Part shown: positions 57,400 to 64,000 of the stretch, in pieces
Position numbering within the stretch: the first letter of the stretch is position 1
Layout of the letters: each line of letters begins with the position of its first letter
From: a virus
Virus record (IMG/VR): IMGVR_UViG_3300028584_001238
Strand: one strand, 5' to 3'
Length of the DNA: 64,000 nucleotides
Made by a program: the position numbers and the translations under genes
Notes under the pieces: model-generated
The model's database searches: none
Seen by the model: the letters and a program-made list of their open reading frames with translations, nothing else
Told to the model about the DNA's origin: nothing

Positions 57400-57647
57400 T
57401 GGTCTTAACGAAGGCCAGTCCACCTAACCGTTTTAATCATAGCCACTAGGACTATAATTCCTTCGCTAATTGACAATCAAGTTCGTAACAAAGGCCGCTT
57501 CACCCAAGCGTTTTAATCAAGAGAAACACTCATCTCTGATGCACTTCATTACTATGAAAGGGAGTTTATTCTCACCTTTCGTGATAGCTTGCCCGCGACA
57601 CCGCTGCTATCCAACCCTCTATGGCGAAGGCTCCGAATTCATTTGAT
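57400..57647 (-). ncRNA. structured RNA 1 (5' module plus two 3-way-junction motifs)
   Basis: TTGATT-17-TATAAT promoter 57654-57682; junctions 57485-57552 and 57406-57468. Confidence 0.6.
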
Positions 57648-57688
57648 GGAATGATTATACCACAAGTCATCACAACAATCAAGCAATT

Positions 57689-57762
57689 TGGCCGGTGAAG
57701 TAGGACTTGAACCCACGAGTATGGTTACAACACCATTTGCTCACCATTTGAGCGTTTCACCG
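57689..57762 (-). tRNA. tRNA-like gene with aberrant anticodon arm (identity unresolved)
   Basis: Perfect 7-bp acceptor CGGTGAA/TTCACCG, G73, encoded CCA, D and T arms; anticodon stem ATGGT/ACCAT closes only a 6-nt loop GTTGTA. Confidence 0.7.
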
Positions 57763-57893
57763 ATTTGTTCAGAGTAAGAGAAGAAGCTAGGTCTACCTGA
57801 ATCACCTATTTTTAATGGAAATGGTCCAGCATTTCGATTAATTCTCAACTTAAATCATTGTAGCATAAAACAAGTTTCAACACAACAACAATT

Positions 57894-58015
57894 TGGTGCA
57901 GATGGCAGGATTTGAACCTACGTTACCGATGTTGCAAGGCACTCACGCCTTAACGGTAGAGCAACCTTTATTCAAGGACGGAAGGCCAACTCTCCTATTA
58001 CACTCACACACCCGC
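57894..58015 (-). tRNA. 122-nt tRNA-like RNA (Leu-like ends, expanded interior)
   Basis: T arm GTAGG-TTCAAAT-CCTGC, acceptor GCGGGTG/CATCTGC, A73, CCA; own promoter TTGAAC-17-TAGAAT at 58064-58092. Confidence 0.55.
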
Positions 58016-58122
58016 GTTACAATCCTGAGTGACTTTGAAGCTGTCGTCTCATTCAATGTAGCCATTCTAGCAAACCTTTCAGCCTTGTTCAAGACCTTTT
58101 TTCATCTTTTTTTAAGTAGATC

Positions 58123-59061
58123 TCAAAATATCGAGAACTCAGATGGTAATGTCACTTTTAAGCGTTCAGCTAAGTTAGCAGCAATGTATTCCATATCATC
58201 AAGCAGGTAGGTTTGAGTGTTTTTAATCACTTTTGTATTACCTTCTGAGGAAATAAAGCAAGGTGTTTTATTTTCCAAATAATCATGAACAATTTTTGGA
58301 TGATTCCCGACCACACACGTTGAAAACTTAAATTTTGTTTTATCAACATTACTCATGAAATCAAAGAAGACTCGAATATTTTTTGTATGGATATCTCGTT
58401 CAAAAATAAAGAAGTAGTCATCAGAAGCATCATTGGAATAAGAAAACACTTCCTTATCTGCAACATCATATTTGATATAATGATAGCTATCATTTAACAT
58501 CATTTTTTTACTAAACTTTTTATGGCTATACATATCACAAATAAAGCTGAGCTTGCTCAGAAATTCGTCATCATATTTACTGTAATCATCAATAAGTTTA
58601 TCAAAATTATTGACACCTAACTCATAGTTGGCATCAATAAAAAATTGTTTCATACCATCCATATCACTGACTGAAAGAACATTGGGGACTTCATGTGATT
58701 CTTCAATCCCTAATTTCTTAAACACATCATTCACCGCAAAACTTTTGGAAATTTCAATGACTCGCATGTCAATCGAAAATAATCGACTAAGACTAGATCC
58801 ACTTTCACTTTTAGACGTAAAATAATCAGATTTACCTGTATAAATAGTCAATGGACTAGAGAACGGTGTATTTCTCAATTGAATAATATAGGAGACACCA
58901 TTATATTCTTTGTTAGAAATATAAGATTTCAAATCCTTGTTATTGTATTTCTTGCTTTTAATTTCTTTATAAAATTTTGTGTCTTTTAAATGTTGAATAA
59001 AATTTTCATGATCATCACAGAATATTTTACCAAATTGTTCGAAATAGGCTTCTTTCATCAA
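58123..59061 (-). CDS. hypothetical protein
   Basis: 312-aa ORF. Confidence 0.7.
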   Translation of the reverse strand: MMKEAYFEQFGKIFCDDHENFIQHLKDTKFYKEIKSKKYNNKDLKSYISNKEYNGVSYIIQLRNTPFSSPLTIYTGKSDYFTSKSESGSSLSRLFSIDMRVIEISKSFAVNDVFKKLGIEESHEVPNVLSVSDMDGMKQFFIDANYELGVNNFDKLIDDYSKYDDEFLSKLSFICDMYSHKKFSKKMMLNDSYHYIKYDVADKEVFSYSNDASDDYFFIFERDIHTKNIRVFFDFMSNVDKTKFKFSTCVVGNHPKIVHDYLENKTPCFISSEGNTKVIKNTQTYLLDDMEYIAANLAERLKVTLPSEFSIF

Positions 59062-59140
59062 TTCATCCTCATGCAGTTTAATTCTAATGGCTAATCAAGA
59101 CATCAGAAGATGCCTTGAAAAATAATAACTGATGTAAGTG

Positions 59141-59479
59141 TTAACGCTTAAAGAGACTTGCCACTGAATATTGTTGGTTGGTAGCACTGGAAGCCATCTC
59201 AGCAAAGTAAAGATGAACAGCATCACACAGCGGGCCAAATGAAGGATTGTTTTTGGACTGTTCTTCAATATACTCACGAAGATCTTGAATGTCATCAGTC
59301 AGGTTGCCATCCAATTCTTCATTGAGATTGCCATCAGCGTCAAAAAGAATGTGATGCAATGCCATCTGAGATGGATTGTCCACTTGACAATAATGAGGGT
59401 CATAACCAAGAACCACGAAATTACCTTCGGCATTAAAAATAGATTCGAAAACTTTTTGCTTGGTCATAGTGACCTCCAC
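59141..59479 (-). CDS. hypothetical protein
   Basis: 112-aa ORF; likely start MTKQKV after GGAGG. Confidence 0.65.
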   Translation of the reverse strand: MEVTMTKQKVFESIFNAEGNFVVLGYDPHYCQVDNPSQMALHHILFDADGNLNEELDGNLTDDIQDLREYIEEQSKNNPSFGPLCDAVHLYFAEMASSATNQQYSVASLFKR

Positions 59480-59629
59480 TTAGTGAGATATTGAATAGAA
59501 AGCTTTCTTTAACATCTCATTGATGTCTTGTTTGGAAAGCTTTTCTGAATAGGGTTTAACATCATAAGCCTTACCTGTGATGAGTTTTTGGTTAGCAGTT
59601 CTAATCTGCTCGATAGAAATTTTGGGCAT
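59480..59629 (-). CDS. 49-aa hypothetical protein, not in ORF track
   Basis: Hand translation MPKISIEQIRTANQKLITGK...AFYSISH, abutting the next gene. Confidence 0.55.
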   Translation of the reverse strand: MPKISIEQIRTANQKLITGKAYDVKPYSEKLSKQDINEMLKKAFYSISH

Positions 59630-59681
59630 TATACTTACCTATGAAGCTTGTTTAATGCCTTATTTTAACACATACACAAAA

Positions 59682-60242
59682 TTATGACAACCAGTTTCTT
59701 TTTCTAGCCAGTCTTTTCATGAAATCGTATTCAAATTTTCTAACATCACGTCCTTGATTTAAGATGTTTTGATACATAGTAACATTATCAGGATGTCTAT
59801 TTATTATTTTTTGATCCAATTTCTTTGCCGGTTGAATGTCTTTTGACATCAACATTATGTTTTCGCCATCAATAGAAAAGTTAACTGATTTAACAAACAA
59901 TCTGTCAATTCCCATCAATAATAGAAATGAAATACCTGTTGCAAAAAGAAAATAGATAATAGACCAGCTCATTCTGGTTTTAGTAATTCGATAATCAAAA
60001 GCCACCAATTCTAGACCACTAGTGGGCATGATACGATCTCCTAGTTGAAGATTAACAAGAAAATCAGAAGTCCATATGAAATTTAAACCAATATAAATAA
60101 TAACCATAAAAAATAAAAAAGAAATTTTTGCCACTCGCTTGGAATGGATGTCAATTGTAGATAATTTATGTTTTAAATCATTAATAGCTGCTAATGATAA
60201 TGGTGTTTCAACCATCTCTTCTTTTGTTAAATTGATGTGCAT
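59682..60242 (-). CDS. two-TM membrane protein
   Basis: Two hydrophobic helices. Confidence 0.65.
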   Translation of the reverse strand: MHINLTKEEMVETPLSLAAINDLKHKLSTIDIHSKRVAKISFLFFMVIIYIGLNFIWTSDFLVNLQLGDRIMPTSGLELVAFDYRITKTRMSWSIIYFLFATGISFLLLMGIDRLFVKSVNFSIDGENIMLMSKDIQPAKKLDQKIINRHPDNVTMYQNILNQGRDVRKFEYDFMKRLARKRNWLS

Positions 60243-60356
60243 TCACGTCTCCATTAAAAAAAATATACATTCTGAATAATATATATTATTTTAAGCCATC
60301 TGCAAATGAATGTATTGTTGACATTTTTCTATAAGGTAATAGGATAATTTAAAAGA

Positions 60357-60899
60357 ATGGGAGATAAAATGAAAGAGAAGTTAGCAAAAAAGGAATTTAT
60401 TAAAAATTTCGAATATTTCAAAAGAAATCGAGACGAATATAACAAAAAAAAGAAACCTTTAGGTGATAAAGTGTGGATGTGGGTAGTGGTACCATTTATT
60501 GTATCCTATATTCCATTGGTCGTGTTACCATTTTTCTTAATTCCTATCTGGTATTTTTACATTATTAGTGGACTTTTCATAATTGTTGTAATTGGACTTA
60601 TTTCAATGGGACTTGCTCATGATTTCAAAAACATGAAGGCCATTACCTTTGATAATATGGTGTATACTGGAAAGTTATCTGATTTGTTTGAAGATGTAAC
60701 CCATCCAGTCATAGTAAACGCAAAACATTTACTTGAATTAGATTTCAAAAGAAAAGGCGGAATCACCGGAAGCACAGTATTTTATCTCTATGAAAAAATC
60801 AACAACCCCGAATATGCAGTAGCGACTGTTAATCTTAAAAGTAGTGATGAGAAAGTAACAATGGCGTCTGAAACCCCAGAAGAAATTGAAAACAAGTGA
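60357..60899 (+). CDS. two-TM membrane protein
   Basis: Long hydrophobic segment. Confidence 0.65.
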   Translation: MGDKMKEKLAKKEFIKNFEYFKRNRDEYNKKKKPLGDKVWMWVVVPFIVSYIPLVVLPFFLIPIWYFYIISGLFIIVVIGLISMGLAHDFKNMKAITFDNMVYTGKLSDLFEDVTHPVIVNAKHLLELDFKRKGGITGSTVFYLYEKINNPEYAVATVNLKSSDEKVTMASETPEEIENK

Positions 60900-60953
60900 C
60901 GAATTGAAGGCAATAAAAAAGACATCAGAAGATGTCTTTTTTTGCTTTAAAGT

Positions 60954-61027
60954 TGGAGGCTGATGAGGGAATCGAACCCCCATACTCGGATTTGCAATCC
61001 GGTACATGACCATTCTGCCAATCAGCC
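60954..61027 (-). tRNA. tRNA-Cys(GCA)
   Basis: 74-nt cloverleaf, loop TT-GCA-AA, U73, encoded CCA. Confidence 0.92.
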
Positions 61028-61122
61028 ATTTTACAACATTGAGAGCGTGTCGCTTTGCTGTTTCAATGTAGATATTCTATCAAAACTTTTTCCATAAGGC
61101 AACCTTTTTTTTAATATTTTGA

Positions 61123-62034
61123 TTAAATATTTAACATTTTTAAAATTTCGCATTCATCACAAGAAAGATCAAAAAATTCTTTATTAAAGAGCTTTCGAGC
61201 ATTTTTGATGGCCTCAAAGGAAATGATGATATTATCAAAATAAAAGTAATGTAAAATACAATCATAAGAAATAGTGTTTTTTGATGAACTACTTTTAAAT
61301 GTAATACATTTATTATTAGTATTAGAATTAATAGAAAATGAATAAAGTGGGATTTCTGAAAAACTATTAAGATTAAATGAAAAAGACCCATTGTTTGAAA
61401 ATTCTTTTAATAGGCACTCGAATCCATTAGAAAAATTAACAAATACTTTACGACCAATAAGCGTTTTAAAGAAGATAAACAAATCTTTATGATTAAAAAT
61501 TTCCATGTTGCTGTTTATTATAGAGTTGTTTATTTTTATATCATCGTGATTTCTTAAGTTAAATATAGATGAAGCTGATATATAATCAATATTTGTAAAG
61601 GATGCTGCTTGAAAAAGATATAAATTGTCATTTAATATTTTATTGGTAATGTCAGTAAAGACCTCATCTTTAGTTAAAAAAAATGTATCAACAATTAACG
61701 TTTCATGTTGTATGAAATTAGATTCTAAAAAATGTAAAGTGCCAAGATAATTACTATCCCCAAGTATGTTCAGTTTAACAGTGTCTCTGTGATCTAAGTT
61801 TAAAGTGTAATGAAATTTAGGTTCACCATTAATAGAGAGTTCAATTTCAAACAAAATATTTATATAAAACTCTTTACAGTGTAAATGATTTGCAATTGGG
61901 AGTAACATTCGTTTAATATTTAGACTTATTGGTGGGTGAATTATATTGAAAAGAGTTTCAAAATGTTCATTATCATTATAATCATTTTTTTTAGTATATC
62001 TGATAGATATAACTAAATCATCTTCGATAAACAT
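61123..62034 (-). CDS. AT-rich hypothetical protein with MxxI tail
   Basis: 303 aa; ends EILKMLNI. Confidence 0.6.
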   Translation of the reverse strand: MFIEDDLVISIRYTKKNDYNDNEHFETLFNIIHPPISLNIKRMLLPIANHLHCKEFYINILFEIELSINGEPKFHYTLNLDHRDTVKLNILGDSNYLGTLHFLESNFIQHETLIVDTFFLTKDEVFTDITNKILNDNLYLFQAASFTNIDYISASSIFNLRNHDDIKINNSIINSNMEIFNHKDLFIFFKTLIGRKVFVNFSNGFECLLKEFSNNGSFSFNLNSFSEIPLYSFSINSNTNNKCITFKSSSSKNTISYDCILHYFYFDNIIISFEAIKNARKLFNKEFFDLSCDECEILKMLNI

Positions 62035-63041
62035 TATATATTTACAAACAAAGCAGTTTTTAAATCAAGATAGACACCTTTTGACAAATTGAAATCAACA
62101 TTGCCAACTTGAATTTTAAAAATAGAATCATGGAACACAATATGGTTATTTTCAATTTTAATGTTGAATACATTACCATTCACTACAAACACAATCGAAA
62201 TCACACCATCAAAATTAAACAGCAAGTAATCATCAATGATACGGATAAGACTAGACTTGTAGCGTGAGTATTCGTTAATCAATTCTCGCTTAGAAATACT
62301 TGGATTACCTGCCGTATTAAACTTGATAGATGACCAGTCAATGACTTTTAAGATTTTCGCCACATCAGGTTTGGTTGTAGTAATAAACAAATGAGAGGCA
62401 TCAGCAATGTCTGGAAACGCAGCACACCCTTTAATCGTTCCTGCTTTTACTCCGACTCGTTGAAATGCAATGTCTGCCGTCTTTCTATTAGTGAAGATGA
62501 AATCTTCCGCCAGAGAGCTTTTATTAGTGTCATGGCGTAACTCATCTTGTTTAATCCATACTTGAAAAACACAAGGAACGTCAACAACTTCTTTTTTGAT
62601 ATTGAATGAATTACTCGGAACATCCCATTCAAAAACAAGGTGCATATTTTTATGCAGCTTCTTTTTCACACTATCTTTCTTGAAAGTCTTTGGAACAATG
62701 AAAGCAACCACTTTGGAGACTTCTGCACATTTGTTGAAGAACTTAATGGCTAAGCTGGAATTCTTCCCAAATGGTGGGTTTCCGATAGTGATATAGCCTT
62801 CATCTTTTAATGGGTATTCTAAAAAGTCAGCTTTCACCACCTTATCAATCTTCGGATCAATATCAATGCCCAATTTACTACCAGACACAATAGAAAAGAA
62901 CGCACCCGATCCGGCTGATGGTTCTAACCAGATGGTATGTTTGATATTGTGTTGGGTAAGAATCCCTTGCAACAAGTCATAGCATTTAAGAGCTATATCA
63001 TTGTTGGTGTAGAATTGGTCAAGATCGCGTTCCGAAGTCAT
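62034..63041 (-). CDS. probable N6-adenine DNA methyltransferase
   Basis: DQFYT, EPSAGSGAF (motif I), IGNPPFG (motif IV). Confidence 0.8.
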   Translation of the reverse strand: MTSERDLDQFYTNNDIALKCYDLLQGILTQHNIKHTIWLEPSAGSGAFFSIVSGSKLGIDIDPKIDKVVKADFLEYPLKDEGYITIGNPPFGKNSSLAIKFFNKCAEVSKVVAFIVPKTFKKDSVKKKLHKNMHLVFEWDVPSNSFNIKKEVVDVPCVFQVWIKQDELRHDTNKSSLAEDFIFTNRKTADIAFQRVGVKAGTIKGCAAFPDIADASHLFITTTKPDVAKILKVIDWSSIKFNTAGNPSISKRELINEYSRYKSSLIRIIDDYLLFNFDGVISIVFVVNGNVFNIKIENNHIVFHDSIFKIQVGNVDFNLSKGVYLDLKTALFVNI

Positions 63042-63057
63042 TGTGTGTGCCTATTGT

Positions 63058-63819
63058 TTAATTGTCAAAAAAGTTAACTTGTCTATTCTGAATACTTGTT
63101 GCACCGTCACCATAAATAGAGTCAAGTAGCTCAACAATTTCTTTTGCTTCTTTTAACTGTTTAAAATCTGTCAAATTTTCATCTACTTCCTTATTAACAT
63201 CAAATGGACGTTCAAATGATGTAAAAGCATGCTTATCTGAGTAGCTGTTTAACAGTCTAGCAGTGTCCTTAGTAAAATTAGAATCGTATTTTTCATCGAC
63301 CTGACATTCAGCCTTAACACCACAACCAGAACAGAAAACATGGTCGAAGTTAATATCATAATCTAAATTATTACAATCTTGATTCTGACATTTTCTAACA
63401 AGATACTTGAAAATAATATGTTGTTTTGTGAGCGGTGTCAACCAGCCTTCATTCGAAAACTTTGGAATAAAAATTAAATCCCCATCTGGAATATCATTAA
63501 AAGGGTAAATAAGAATATCATCCATTTCTTTACTGACATCACTCACAAATAAATTACGCTTTTTCTCAATGTTAAATGTGCTGCACTGAGAACCACAATG
63601 CGGACAAAATGAATCAAATAAGCCCCTATCACCATAAGCTTTACACAATTTATTGCCACAAGTTTCATAAACTTTTTCAGTCACCGTAATTTTCATACGT
63701 GTTGGCAATTGTTTTACAACAAAGGTAGGGCCAAAGTATTCATTAATGTAATACATGTAATTCTCCAAAATGTCATCCAGTATACCATCGTACAAATGAA
63801 TATTCAATAAAAAACCCAA
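63058..63819 (-). CDS. protein with two CxxxxC..CxxCG Zn-ribbon modules
   Basis: CGNKLC..CPHCG and CQNQDC..CSGCG; start may be the later Met. Confidence 0.65.
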   Translation of the reverse strand: MGFLLNIHLYDGILDDILENYMYYINEYFGPTFVVKQLPTRMKITVTEKVYETCGNKLCKAYGDRGLFDSFCPHCGSQCSTFNIEKKRNLFVSDVSKEMDDILIYPFNDIPDGDLIFIPKFSNEGWLTPLTKQHIIFKYLVRKCQNQDCNNLDYDINFDHVFCSGCGVKAECQVDEKYDSNFTKDTARLLNSYSDKHAFTSFERPFDVNKEVDENLTDFKQLKEAKEIVELLDSIYGDGATSIQNRQVNFFDN

Positions 63820-63851
63820 AGCTCGGCTGGGTTTCTTTTATTACACTTAAT

Positions 63852-64000
63852 TTAAGTCAGGTGAATAGTTCTTGACTCAGTGACGTGTTCAATCAAATCA
63901 ACACCCACAATTTGAAAGTTCTTAGGGTCTGCAAGGACTTCCTCAATCGTTTCAGTATAATAACACTGATTAGCCATATCAGTCACAAGCATTAGTTGGT
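63852..64000 (-). CDS. 3' end of a gene entering from beyond the window
   Basis: Open frame ending ...EHVTESRTIHLT-stop. Confidence 0.5.
   Translation of the reverse strand, partial: QLMLVTDMANQCYYTETIEEVLADPKNFQIVGVDLIEHVTESRTIHLT

Noticed and set aside
57445-57460. TATAGTCC resembling the group I intron S element
   Set aside because: No P, Q or R elements or flanking exons; the bases form P2 of the junction motif
57584-57610. CGGGCAA resembling an HDV/theta ribozyme J1/4 segment near tRNAs
   Set aside because: No pyrimidine-rich L3 with CC and no nested pseudoknot could be built
3320-62796. Dozens of short opposite-strand or alternate-frame ORFs in the track (e.g. 13534-13848, 20970-21539, 39615-40130, 54963-55439)
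   Set aside because: Shadows of longer genes, lacking RBS and recognisable motifs

Overview
AT-rich, densely packed region with genes mostly on the minus strand, many sigma70-type promoters (TTGnnn-17-TAnAAT) and intrinsic terminators. No rRNA, structural or replication-core genes are present. It most resembles the accessory/early region of a jumbo phage (a megaplasmid is not excluded) with a probable gammaproteobacterial host. Recognisable genes: sirtuin (cobB-like), ribosome recycling factor (frr), TrpRS (trpS), DEDDh exonuclease, two HNH nucleases, CDF Zn exporter, NADAR-like protein, Lgt, PRTase-fold protein, two SAM methyltransferases, tRNA-Cys, two aberrant tRNA-like genes and a secreted nuclease toxin-immunity pair. 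Many paralogue arrays are present, including a superfamily of at least 17 members ending in MxxI, with two collapsed head-tail relic genes. The most striking signals are non-coding and translation-centred. (1) A promoter-to-terminator transcript carries three repeats, each a strong Shine-Dalgarno followed exactly 7 nt later by a start-one-codon-stop minigene. (2) A 6-codon leader ORF and terminator precede frr. (3) A roughly 400-nt structured RNA lies next to frr. (4) A three-way-junction RNA motif occurs three times with covarying stems beside the tRNA-like genes. All functional calls come from motif recognition by eye; no database searches were run.
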